Of a stretch of DNA of 64,000 nt, positions 12,201 through 25,124 are shown one piece after another. The DNA is from Selaginella moellendorffii (Eukaryota; Plantae; Lycopodiophyta). Location of the stretch: assembly GCF_000143415.4 (NCBI RefSeq), contig NW_003314266.1, positions 1,386,463 to 1,450,462 on the forward strand. The letters are read 5' to 3'. The notes beneath the pieces were generated by a model, which searched no databases, was not told where the DNA came from, and saw only the letters and a list, made by a program, of their open reading frames with translations. Position 1 is the first letter of the stretch. Each line of letters starts with the position of its first letter. Both the position numbers and the translations under genes were made by a program.

Positions 12201-14120
12201 ACCGAGAGCAGCGTGATCTTGCTGTTGCCAAGCATGAGTCCAGAGCAGAGGCTAAGGCAGTGAGAGAAAGAGCAGCATCGGCTCCTCAAGCTCCCTCAGG
12301 CTCTGGTGAGTCGTTTTACTTTGCTTCCAGCGAGGAGGCAGGTGCAGAACAGGAAGGGTCAACATTCATGCTACTCTTCAGCCAAGGCAGAGATGCTTTG
12401 GTGCCTCAGACCTTGGAGGAAGCCTTAGCTGGTCCAGACGCATCCAAGTGGGAAGCCGCTCGTCAGGTGGAATACGATGCGTTGATGGCGAACCAGACGT
12501 GGGACTTAGTGAAGCTCCCACCAGGGCGGAAGGTAATCAAAACCAAGTTCCTCCTGCGAGTGAAGACGACTCCGGATGGCAGCACTCAACACAAAGTCCG
12601 ATTTGTAGCTCGCGGATTTTCTCAGGTCGAAGGTGTGGATTTTACGAGACTTTTTCACCAGTGGTGAAGCTCACCTCTATCCGACTGCTGCTCAATTTAG
12701 CTGCTCAGGAGGATATGGAGGTGGAGCACATGGACGTAACCACAGCATTCCTCAACGGTGACCTTGATGAGGAGGTCTATATCGAGCAGCCGGCAAGCTT
12801 TGTCAAGCCAGGCCAGGAGCACCTTGTGTGTCGTCTTAAAAAGGCCCTTTACGGGTTGAAGCAGTCACCCCGAGCGTGGTTCTCAAAGATGAACTCGTTT
12901 CTGCTGTCACTTGGCTTCACCAGCATGTCAGCAGACACCAACGTGTACCAGAAGCGAGTGGGAGGCAAGCTCATCATCCTAGCCCTTTATGTGGATTATT
13001 GTCTGCTGCTCAGCAAGAGCAAGCGGCTGATTCAGCAACTGAAGCAGGACCTGAGCTCCAAATTCAAGATGGTGGACCTTGGACCAGTCAAGTACTGCCT
13101 CGGCATTGAGATCTTCCGTGACAGGGGGAGGAGTGTGCTTCAGATGTCACAAAAGAAGTACATTGACGAGCTGCTCGAGAAGTTCAAGCTTCAGGACGTC
13201 AGTGCGGCGTCAACACCAATGGAGGTGGGATTGCATCTTAGTCGGGAGATGTCTCCGGCCACAGAAGGTGACAAGCGAGCGATGGATCGGATTCCATACC
13301 GTCAGATGGTGGGCAGCCTGGTCTACCTGATGGTGTGTACTCGTCCGGACATTGCCTACTCAGTGGGAGTAGTGTCCCAGTTCTTGGCCAACCCCGGCTT
13401 CCAGCATTGGCAAGCTGTTAAGCGGATTTTCCAGTACCTGAAGAGCACCAGCGAGTTTGTGCTAAGCTATGAGCGCCAGACAAAGCACTCGTGGCTGCTG
13501 CTTCAGGGATACTCAGATGCAGATTGGGCTGGCGAAGTGGATCAGCGGCGATCAACTTCAGGTTATTTGTTTACTCTGGGTAGTGCAGCGGTTACATGGA
13601 ACAGCCAGCGACAGCCAGTCGTAGCATTGTCAAGCACTGAGGCAGAGTATATCGGCATCACTCAAGCAGCCAAGGAGTGCATTTGGCTGAGAACTTTGCT
13701 GGACGGGCTCAGCTATAAGCAGGAGGAAGCGACGGAGCTCTTCTGCGATAATCAAGGAGCCATAGCATTGGCGAAAAATCCGAAGTTCCATCGCAAGACC
13801 AAGCACATTCAAGTTCAGTTCCATTTTATACGTGAACAGGTTGCTCTGCAGACTGTGGAGCTGGTCTACTGCACTACCAAGGAGATGGTGGCGGATTTCT
13901 TCACCAAAGCTCTTGCTCCAGCTCTGTTCCAGCAGCATGCACAGGCACTTGGAGTGCAGCCAAAGAACTGACGCAACATCGACGTTCAGCTTGAGTGGGA
14001 GTGTTAATATTCAGGGGAATATGCCGACAAGCTGAAGAGTCAACGGTCGCGACAGTTAGACTGAGATAGATTATAACAGCGTGTTATCAATTCAATCTCT
14101 AGTCGAGTCGATTCGTTTCA
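9262..14120 (+). mobile_element. Ty1/copia LTR retrotransposon, 4.86 kb with 119-bp LTRs, inserted in A1
   Basis: LTRs 9262-9380 and 14002-14120 differ at one base. TSD GTGGA, PBS TGGTATCGGAGCC at 9381, PPT GAGTGGGAG at 13993-14001. The empty site is present in A2 (about 28955-28985). Confidence 0.97.
9428..13971 (+). pseudogene. Copia gag-pol (gag, zinc knuckle, protease, integrase, RT, RNase H), disabled
   Basis: CNACKAPGHFARDC; WVDSGANQHM; WHRRLGH...CEPC; FVDDFSR...RSDGGGEF...QQNGVAER; LKKALYGLKQSPRAW; YSDADWAG; TKHIQVQFHFIRE. In-frame TAG at 9773-9775, frameshift near 12640-12645, and YVDD reads YVDY. Confidence 0.93.
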
Positions 14121-15498
14121 GTGGAGAATCAAGTGGGTGCTCAAACATGTTGTTACTGGCGACCAGGATGCCATGGAGAGTCTAAGGTATGGGATTGTCC
14201 ATGTTAGACTATATGGTAATTGGAAAACTTGCGAAAGGAGAGGCCTTAGCAAGCTAAGGAACAGAGTTCCTTGAATGTTCCCCTAGGTAGATAAGTACCT
14301 AGTCAGCCAAATGTAAATGGTTCATAGAACGCGCAAAATCAGAGTGGCACAGCAAAAGCGTGGTCTTGAAGCTTGCCATGAGGCGAGGCTATCAAGATTG
14401 GGGAAGTAGTTCCCGAGCGTTCAAAGAAAGGGCTTTGAACGAAAGTTGATGGTTAAGGACTTTCACGCTTATGCATGAACCATGTTGCAATAGCCGAATG
14501 ACTTGCTAAGTGAGATTGGCAAGTCGGGGGGAATGAATACCCTAGTTGAAGGAGCCAACTTCAAAGGGGTGGCCCAAGGGGCTGAGCATGGAGGAATCCA
14601 TGCATGATCATAGACATGTCAAGAGAGGACTTGGCAGTGCGAAGGAACTAGGTTCTTAAGCTGTGATCTGGAGCGCGCCTTAAGTATAAGTTGGTGCACC
14701 GGCGTGGGGAATCACGCCAGGCATCCTGTGCGATGCCATCCGTAGATGCATATACGGAGGTTGGGTTCGAGTCCCGACCCTCTAATGCTTAGGTTCGAGT
14801 CCCAAATCACTAGGGTGTGGTGATGGTTTGGACTATGAGGACACTCATATTTCAGTGGTCATGGACTCTCAGTGAGGAGACTGGTTTGGGCACATCGCCA
14901 AGCGAGGGATGCCTCGGAGTCGTGATGCACAGTTAAATTGCTTAGTGTGGCTCGACATATCTAACTTGAACACTTTGGTGCAAGTGGCACCAAGGACGTG
15001 GTGAATGAGATGGGGACACCCAGTCTCAGTTGCTATGGACCCTTAGCTGGAAGGGCTGGCTTGGGTGCACTGCCAAGTGTGAGGGATGCCCCCGGGGTCA
15101 TGGTGAACAACTTAAAGGTCTAGAAGGCCTAGTACCTATTGGCAAACCTGTTAAGGTGCCAAGGTTAGATCATTAGATGATCTTATGGCTAAAATAAGGA
15201 CAAGGTTCTTGTGAGGTTAAGGGATAAAGTTCCAAGTTCAAAATGTTGATTGGAACTATTGATGATGGTGTGATTTGGTCAAAGTGACCAAGTGAGAAGG
15301 ACACCTAAGGGAAATGAGATATGTCAATGTGATGGCATAGTGAGTCCAAAGAAAGTAGTCTCTATAAAAGATCCATGGGAGGGTCACAAAGTGGGGTCGT
15401 GGATAGAGCCCACAGCAGAAGATGCTAAAGAGACATACTAGGGGAACACTCTCCGGACTTGGCAAAGGAGAGTCTTTGCTATGGAACCAAAAGGATAC

Positions 15499-17203
15499 TG
15501 TGAGACACAAAATCCCTAGGCCCCAAAGTGGAGCCGGAAGGGCGCCACATGGTAATGGCCGAAGCGAGAGCCAAACGAGCGTAACACGTTTGGACCAAAA
15601 GCTCCGACTTGAAAAGTCAAGAGCGGGAGTGGAACTCCCAACGAAGTGCTCGAGGAACGAGGACGAAGCGAGCAAAAGGCGAGGCTCCAAAAAGGGACCC
15701 AAAAGGACCAACACATGACACGTGGGAGTGTCCGAGATGGACTTGAGTTGGAGTCCGAAGTGGAGTCCGAGATGGACCCGAGTTGGAGTCCGAAGTGGAG
15801 TCCGAGATGGACCCGAGTTGGAGTCCGAAGTGGAGTCCGAGATGGACCCGAGATGGTGTCCGAGATGGTGTCCGAGATGGAGTCCGAGATGGAGTCCGAG
15901 GTGGACCCAAGATGGACCCGAAATGGAGTCCGAGATGGAGTCCGAGATGGACCCAAGATGGAGTCCGAGATGGAGTCCGAGATGGACCTGAGATGGACCC
16001 GAGATGGAGTCCGAGATGGAGTCCGAGATGGAGTCCGAGATGGAGTCCGAAGTCGAGACCGAGACCGGGACCGAGACCGAGACCGAGACCGAGACCGGGA
16101 TCGAGACCGAGACCGAGGCCGAGGCCGAGACCGAGGCCGAGGCCGAGACCGAGGCCGAGCCCGAGTCCGAGTCCGAGTCCGAGTCCGAGTCCGAGTCCGG
16201 AGCCTGAGAGGGTGAAAGCCCAAAGCGTTCGTCTCCCAGACCCTGGGGGGTTTGGTGAGCTCCAAAAGTATAGTAGGGGGAGGACTGCAGTGGAGCCAGT
16301 TTGGCCAAGAAAGGCCAGTTTGGCCCAGGAAGGCCAGACCCAGTGTTGGGTGATGAGCTGCCCACTGGGAAGTCCAAGACTAGAGTGAACACAGACCGAC
16401 AAGCGGGGTAGCTTGGTGAAGTGTTCAAGAGCCGGCTCTAGTTCCCTCGGGAGATCGACTGGCCGATGCTCCCAGTCCAAGTGTGGGTGGCACTACCTAC
16501 TTGGATACGAGGCGTGGCTCAACGGAACCTCGCTCTAAGCCCATGGCTAGAGCACCCAAGAGCAGAAGGCGAGGAGAGTACCTAGGTGGCTCGCGTAAGG
16601 CCACGGTGTTCCGAAATGTTGTCCCAAAGGCCCAGACTGTGGAAAGGAAGAGGAGCAGTCCTCTGGGGTAGTGACCACGGACACAGTCGTGTGGTGAGGA
16701 AGTCCCAAAGGACCGTGGGACTTAGTGGTCGGGCCTGTGGGTCTCAATCCAGTGGCAGTGTTGGCAAACACGGCCAGGGGCAGAAAGGGACTTAGTGGGA
16801 ACTGACAGAGGGATATTGAGGAAGGCTATTCCCCTTGTCGGTGGGCATCCTAAGGATGCTAAGGAGTGGCTCTGAGATGACCACTCACGGATGGTTTGCC
16901 TAGTCTTGGAGAGCCAAGATTGTGATGCAAGTGGTATTGGACTACCAGTGTGGCAAAGGTGATTGGGCATGGCCTTAGCGTAACGGGCTGCTATGTCGGT
17001 GGTACCTTTGAGTGTTGGTCATGGGATCGGACACGTGGAGCACTTGGACCAAGTGCAAATGTTAAGTGGCATGGATGCCATTCTCGGGGCTAGCAAGTCC
17101 CAAGTCCTGGATTGGACTTATGGAGGTTGTGAATGAGACTCCTCCAAGTGGTCAGAGGTGTGGTTAAGTGACTAAAGTAGAATGGAAAATTTAGTCGCTT
17201 ACA
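15499..17203 (+). mobile_element. Solo LTR of family A inserted inside A1
   Basis: TG...CA termini. TSD GATAC at 15494-15498 and 17204-17208. A2 has a single GATAC at the equivalent site (about 27585). Confidence 0.93.
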
Positions 17204-17974
17204 GATACCTCGGAAATGGAGGTAGCGATCCTATGTTGCTGGGTGCAACAATCAAGGATAGGAGCAAAAGACTAGTGGCTAAGTAAAGAGCCATGGGAAT
17301 CATGGGAAAGAATCCAAATAACAAAGTTAGGCCAAGAACACTAAGGTGTTGGGTGCTAACAGATTGTGGGAAAGGCAATGTGTTCCCAATGATGAATTCC
17401 CAATTGCTCCAATATGGCGAAAGTGGAAGCTCTAAGGGTGGCAGCGGTAAGGTAGCCAAATGATAGGGCCATGGATAGCTCTAGCAGAAATTGGAACTTA
17501 GTGCCAAAGGTGGCACGAAATCGAAGAGAGGATGATGTTGCCCTTAAGTAGAGAACTTCCTAGGATGGGGAAGTGGAGTTGTATAATATGTGCAATGCAA
17601 GGTGTTGGAGACACCTGGGAAATTGACTTCGAGAAGTCAAAATTAAAAGTTCCAAAGTGCAAGGGTTATATCGATGGAAAGTGAGACCATTCGAGAATGT
17701 ATGGTGGGATTGAGTTAAAGAAGGTGTCTCTAACACGTTTAGTGAGAACTAAACCAATAAAAGGAGAGAACCACCACAAGTGGTCGAATGAGCCTCTAAG
17801 TTGGAGAAGCTATGCCTTTTAGAGGATGGACAAGGCATGGTGAGCCTTTGGTGTCATACCATTGACAAATATTGGCTAGGTGCTAAGGATGGAAAGGGTA
17901 ATATATGTTGGTGTTACTTTATAACAATGGTTTACCGTTCGATGAGGACATCGAACTTCGTCTATGGGTGGTGG

Positions 17975-18480
17975 GGCCCCAAAGTGGAGCCGGAAGGGTG
18001 CCACATGGTAGTGGCCAAAGCGAAAGCCAAATGAGTGTAACACGTTTGGACTAAAAGCTCCGACTTGAAAGGTCGAGAGCGGGAGTGGAACTCCCAACAA
18101 AGTGCTCGAGGAACAAGCACGAAGCGAGCAATAAGCGAGGCTCCAAAAAGGGACCCAAAAAGGACCAACACATAACACATGGAAGTGTTCAAGATGGATC
18201 CGAGTTGGAGTCCGAAGTGGAGTCTGAAGTGGAGTCCGAGATGGACCCGAGTTGGAGTCCGAATTGGAGTCCGAAGTGGAGTCCGAGAAGGACCCGAGAT
18301 TGAGTCCGAGGTGGACCCGAGATGGAGTCCGAGATGGAGTCCGAGATGGAGTCCGAGATGGAGTCCGAGGTGGAGTCCGAGGTGGAGTCCGAGGTGGACC
18401 CGAGATGGAATCTGAGATGGAGTCTGAAAAGGACTCGAGATGGAGTCCGAGGTCGAGACCGAGACCGGGACTGAGACCAG

Positions 18481-18513
<33 letters not shown>

Positions 18514-18533
18514 TGAGACCGAGACCGAGACCA

Positions 18534-18597
<64 letters not shown>

Positions 18598-19667
18598 TGA
18601 GACCGAGACTGAGATCGGGACCGAGTCCGAGTCCGAGTCCAAGTCTGAGTTCGAGTCCGAGTTCGAGTTTAAGAGGGTGAAAGCCCAAAGCATTCGTCTC
18701 CCAAACCCTGGGGGGTTTGGTGAGCTCCAAAAGTATAGTAAGGGGGAGGACTGCAGTGGAGCCAGTTTGGCCAGAAAAGGCCAGTTTGGCCCAGGAAGGC
18801 CGAACCCAGTGTTAGGTGATGAGCTGCCCACTGAGAAGTCCAAGACTAAAGTGAACACGGACTGATAAGAGGGGTAGCTTGGTGAAGTGTTCAAGAGCTG
18901 GCTTTAGTTCCCCCAGGAGATCGACTGGCCCATGCTCCCAATCCAAGTGTGGGTGGCACTACCTACTTGGATACCTGGTGTGGCTCAACGGAACCTTGCT
19001 CTAAGCCCATGGCTAGAGCACCCGAAGGCAAAAGGTGAGGAGAGTACCCACGAGGCCTGCGTAGGGCCATGGTGTTCCGAAATATTGTCCCAAAGTCCCA
19101 AACTATGGAAAGGAAGAGGAGTAGCCCTTTGGTGTGGTGACAAAGGACACAATCACACAGTGAGGAAGTCCTAGAGGACAATTGGACTTAGTGGTCGGGC
19201 CTGTGGGCCTTGATCCAACGGCAGTGTTGGTGAACACGGCCATGGACAGGAAGGGACTTAGTGGGGACTGGAAAGGAGACATTGGGGAAGGCTATTCCCC
19301 ATCTCTGCAGGCATCTTGAGGATGCTATGAAGTGGATCTAGGATAGCCACTCATGGATGGATAGCCTAGTCTTTGAGAGATAGGATTGTAATGCAGGTGG
19401 TGTTGGACCACCGATGTGACCAAGGTAAATGGGCATGGCCTAGCGTAACGGGCTGGTATGTTGGTGGTACCTTGGGGTGTCGGTCATGGGATCAGACACA
19501 TGGAGCACTTGGACCAAGTGCAAAGGTTGAGTGGCGTGAATGCCATTCTTAGGGCTAGCAAGCCCCAAGTTCTGAATGGGACTTATGGAGGTTGTGAATG
19601 AGACTCCTCCGAATGGTTGAGGTGTGTTTAAGTGACTAAAGTAGAATGGAAAAATTAGTTGCTCACA
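17975..19667 (+). repeat. Element A1 3' LTR, first ~20 bp deleted
   Basis: Homologous to 5746-7394; ends GCTCACA followed by TSD TTGGG. Confidence 0.9.
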
Positions 19668-19672
19668 TTGGG

Positions 19673-20657
19673 CCACTGAATGAAGGAATGGTGCCAAACT
19701 CGCAAGCATGAAGCCAAGGAGTGATGGAACTGGACCATAGAGCAACTCTCGAGCATACAGCCCAAAGAGCAAAGGGACAAGAGTATGGAGTGACTTGGAA
19801 CAGTCCTACAACAACCAGCATCCTAATGCCAGAACCAACACGCAAAATGGAGCCAAACGGAGTCTAGTGCTATTTCGGCATACCGGTGGCCTAACGCAAG
19901 GATATGGGTACCCCACCAACTAGCATGGTGTGGAGCTTGGGCTTAGACCCAAGCCGGATGCAAAATAAGAACAGGCACGTAAGCGGAAGCTAGACTATGC
20001 CTTAGGGCCATGCCTGACCTACCCACTATCCCTATTATACATTTGGAACCCCCCATAGCCCCCCCCCCCCCCCCCCGCTTGAGGAACACATGCTTTGGGC
20101 TTTCATCCCAAGCCTCCTTTAGTATCAAGAGTTAGTCTCTGGGACAAGCTTGAAACTTATTAAATATGGAATGGTGCTAGATTGTGAATTTGGATATAGA
20201 ACGAACACCATTGTGTTTAGGCCAATCTCTACATTCTGTAAATATGCCAAATGAGCAAATCTAGACACTTTCTATAAATAGCATTTGGGACCGAAATGAG
20301 ACTAACACAAAGGGCATGATAGTGAGGGTGTTTGGCCGACACGGTAAGCTATCATCCAGCGATATTGAGGGACTAATCTCAATACGTGAGGGTTCTTGTC
20401 ATTAGCCAGTGCAAGACATAACGAGACGGGAACTCCTTACTGGGCTAAGTATGCTTAGCTAATAACACGTAGGAATTCCGTCCTTATGCTCGTCCGGTCT
20501 AAGTACACTCGAAATGCCCAGTTAACTCTACTAGCATAAGAAGGGTTGATAAAGGGTCCAGCAATACCAACCTCTTGCCATCATGGTAGTAAGGAAAGAG
20601 TGTTTGTAAGGACTAGCCGACAGGTAACTTTCGATACCTAAAGTCACATTTGCGACA
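19673..20657 (-). repeat. Element B 3' LTR, right fragment
   Basis: Matches 33329-34316; ends TGCGACA next to the minus-strand PPT. Confidence 0.9.
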
Positions 20658-23600
20658 CTCTCCCCCCCTTGGGAAGATCAACATCCTCGTCGATGCATAC
20701 TCGAGTCTAGAATACCGCCAAGGAAACAACTCCAGAAAAAGTTCACGGTATTCACACTATGTGAGAAATGCACCAACTTAAATGAGTTATAGGGTAACCT
20801 CTATGTCTAATGCAGATGCACTACCCACTCAGACACCTTCCAGCCATTGCCGATAAGGAAATGACTAACAGAGTTAGCCACCCTTGCTTCTCTGGGTGTT
20901 ACTCAACTTACAAAAGTGTGATACGCCCCTGCCCGCAAGGACATAGGGAGAGAAGCCAGAGGCCCTAACCCTCATGAGCAAAGAAACCAAACCCGTTGGT
21001 AAGGTTTAGAAACTACTATAAATAGGCAGTTAGAGTTATTTACATGGTCATGCCCTTTTAACTGAATAAGGAATATCGACAAAGAGGCGGGTTATATGAC
21101 CAGTCGGCAGTAGCTACCCCATGACTAGAGATTTCACCATGCACACAAAGTGCCAAAGCCAGTCTGCCTATACTGGCCCAAATTCAAAGATCACTAGATG
21201 GACAATATCAAAGTCATAGACCATGATATCTGAGAGACTTAATTATCAATGAAGAAGTCTTAGATTAGAACACAAAAGTATTCTAAGTAAGTTATCATCC
21301 GATAAACCAGTATTAGTGTAGGAACCACCAAGATCATCATAATTGGTAAACATAGGATTCACTATCTAACAAATTTAAATAGCAAGTGTATCATCAAGAA
21401 AACTCAATGATAAAACTTAACTATCAAAGATGCCAAATAGTATGCTAAACAACTAACTAAAGAGAACTCAAGAACACAAAGTATCATTAACCGACAAGCA
21501 TAACGCTCGCGAATGTATCACCTGAAGGAAATAACATCCTAATCTATCAGAACTAACTCGAGTAACAATCAACAGAACAAAATGAAGGCGATAAGACCAA
21601 CAAACACCCATTCATGTCAACTATCACAGAAGCCAATCTGAATAGATCCCGATCAACAATACGAAGGAACCCAAGTTGCGTTAGCAACATCCTACTGATA
21701 TCTCAAACCCAAGAGACCAATCCAGAGCAAACCACAAGAAACATGTGGTATTGCGAAAAGCCATAAGCCATCAAAGAGACCAACAAACCATCATAAAAGA
21801 TCATCAATCATCCTATCAATAGAGAGATGTATAATCATTATTGAAGAAAAAATCCACCATCCTAAAGAATAGCAAATCATTCTAAACCAACAATAATCAA
21901 ACAAAACCTTTAATAAGGATAATTAACTACTCTAGATGATAGTCAATCATCACCAATGATTGTTGAAATACTAACTTCATCGCAGCTAATGAGCCAAAAT
22001 GCCTTCCCCCAACAACTTCCAACAAATGGGACAATGAGCATAAAAACTCAAAAAACTAAGAGTTTGAAGAAGCTTATAGCCAAGTCTTGTTTAATAATGA
22101 TCATAAATCTAGCATGAACTAACTTCAATGCTAAAGAAGAAATCATGGTACAACCCACAATATTCTCCTCAACACATTCACAAACTAAACTTCATAATGC
22201 AAAGCTAATGAAGAGCATGTCTGTATCAATCCAAAAGTTAAGCATAATGAAGCTATGCTCAACAAGTGATTACTAAACGATCCTTCATGAATCCATCTAT
22301 AGCAAGACGTAACTCACTTCATAACAAACACAAGAAGAATCATCAATGATTGATATATCCCAACTTAAATCTAATAAAGACTCAAATATTGTAATATCGA
22401 TCACTAACTCTTCGTTTTGTAGAGCTAGCATAATTCATGGTTGAATCACTTTTCAAGGAAAAGCCAAAGCTCAACCCCTACTAAATAATCTCTTCTAGAA
22501 CACAACTAACTCAAACCTGCCACTTAGCTCGCTTGAACACCGATATAGTTGCTAACTAGCAAATGCATGAATGCTAATAACACAAAGCCACAGCCAAATC
22601 ATCAACACTATCTTCATCAAGACTAAGGAAACTCAATATCAATTCTAAGAAGAGACATCTCATTTCACTCAAATCTCAACATCAACAATGTCAACAACAA
22701 GGCATCACTTCAATGCCATCAACACCATAACAAAGCTAAAAGAAAGCATAAGTGAATCACCACTTAAAACTGTTTAATAACTAAGATAACCAAAGTTGAA
22801 GATACTTCAGTCAGTATCCGAGACTAATCCTTCAACAAAACTCAGTTACAGATAACACATTATCAAGGAGTGATTCACCACGTCCAAGACTCAATGAAAT
22901 CCAACACCATGAACTAAACGCATCTAAATGATATTAACAAAGGTAGAGTCGATATGCCAATATGGAAAACCTATGTAAGTTTAATGACATGATCCTCCGC
23001 AACACTAAGCCCATCACTGCTAAATCATCATCAAGTGAAGCAAGTGTTATAGTCCTTGATGAAGTCTATAAACAACCACTAGTCGCAAAGCAACTAACAA
23101 TCACTCTTCAACTTGCTTTCACAAGACCAAACTCACATTATTGAGTCATACACTTGTCCAATATGAACATAATACCCCAGGCATGAGATAAAGGTTCATG
23201 GACAAGCACAAACAAAATGACCACTCGAATCCAACTCAACCGTAATAAGCTCACTAACACGTCTAGTGAATAGCTCTGAGCATACCTTGAAGAGGCTAGC
23301 TACACATGATTAACACTAATTCGAAACTCAAGTGAAGACTATGAGATGGACTCATATCAGTACACAACCTCCACTTAGACAAAGCTATAGTATGGGTACC
23401 AACATCTCAACTGCAAACAACTAAGTTAGACATCACTATCCTCAGCCAAGGCGTAGGGCCACCAAGACTAAGTCAAGATCAGTGAGAGCTCACTACTCTC
23501 ATAGAGTTTAACGAAATGCAAAGTGCAACTACCACCAAACAAAACGCTATAGAAGAAAGGTACAAGGGTCACCTTTCTAGAAAAGTGCAATGGCCACTTT

Positions 23601-23759
23601 TCTACACCAACTCCAGACTCTATCCAACTCAATTGCCTTAACTTCAAAAGTTAGCATCCCTTTCGGGCTGCATCATACAAATTACCTACTAAGGCCTAAA
23701 CCAACCAAAGTCAACTCCAACCATTTCACTAGTTTGTACTGGCTTATGAAAACGGAATG

Positions 23760-23859
23760 NNNNNNNNNNNNNNNNNNNNNNNNNNNNNNNNNNNNNNNNN
23801 NNNNNNNNNNNNNNNNNNNNNNNNNNNNNNNNNNNNNNNNNNNNNNNNNNNNNNNNNNN
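23760..23859. other. Assembly gap (100 N)
   Basis: Run of N. Confidence 1.
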
Positions 23860-25124
23860 TCCTAGAGAAAGAATGACTCTCAGTCTAGGAAAACAACTTT
23901 CAAGACTCAACCAACTTCCTCCTACTTACCAACTTCACATAGGTTCACCTTAACCCAAATTCTCAAGACCCATAGTATGCTAACCATCGAACATCTTTGC
24001 CCATATAACCGACATCCAACACTGACATCCGCAAAATGCAAAGTGAACATCCAAGGCTTGATCTCGAAGACCACATCTTCGGATATCCACATTGCACTAA
24101 CACTTTTCTTCAACCACCTTCAAGATCCAATGTGAAGCTAAAACACTAACAAGAAAAATAACATAGAAAATCAAGGTCTAAGGAGAATTCCTCATCACTC
24201 GAATCAACAATGCCACTTCCACTAACACAAGTGTTAGCGATGTCAATGCTTCAACTACACACCTTCTCCATCCAACAATCTACTCCAAGTGCTAACAAAT
24301 AAACCGATAAGCTATAGCAAATGAATGCTACAACCCTTTTCCAAAACCTCAATGGGCAACTCAAGGAACTAAGGAACCAACTTAAACTTAGCATAATGGA
24401 CCACCATCGAGAATTCAGTCAAAGCTACTACAATGTTACTTCGTGCAAGTAGACTAGCTTCACTATCAACCATTTTGGGGTTGATCATCATTTGACCAAA
24501 CAACTTCGTAAACATATTGCTCACTATCACATGGATATGATATAAAATCATAATAACCTGATCATCAATCAAGCAACACCATGAACAATGCCAATATCAT
24601 TACTTTAAAGGTTTATGTGAGTATCAAGTGCCAATTCGATTCAACAAAATGCAACATAAGTGCCACACCCCATCGATAGAGATTTACAACACTTAACACC
24701 ACTAACTTTTGTTCACAACATGAACAAGCTCATGTCACTCTCTTTTCGACGAAACTCAAAACTAATCCAATACTAAGCTACTCAAGGAGCAATAGCAAGG
24801 TTCCCCGGAAAAGAATTGAGCATTGCAACCTAAGTCTTCCATAGTAAGCCTAGACAAAATGGTTTAGCACTTCACTGCTATCCATCCCATGACTCACCAT
24901 TTACAAGACCATCATTTCCAATATGCACCAAGATAGGGACTCTTGATTGCATAACGTGAACATGAGCAATGAGTTACACCTCGTTACGAATCATCTCTCT
25001 AAGAAGAGAAAATGATTTACGTGTTTGATCCTTCGTCCCTGACAACTCTCTTTTTGATCTCATCTTTGACTAAACCTCAAGCTTGCGTTCACATTGCCTT
25101 CAGTCTAATCCAAGAAAAGTTTAT

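Larger units (their letters stand above)
5726..19667 (+). mobile_element. LTR retrotransposon A copy 1 (non-coding, LARD-like), inserted into the LTR of B
   Basis: TSD TTGGG at 5721-5725 and 19668-19672. LTRs 5726-7394 and about 17975-19667. PBS TGGTATCGGAG at 7398 and PPT remnant GGGTGGTGG at 17966-17974. The internal region is colinear with copy 2. Confidence 0.92.

Noticed and set aside
12635-12667. Programmed ribosomal frameshift in the copia
   Set aside because: It falls inside conserved RT (DFYETFSPV). A single missing T in a T run indicates mutation or sequencing error.
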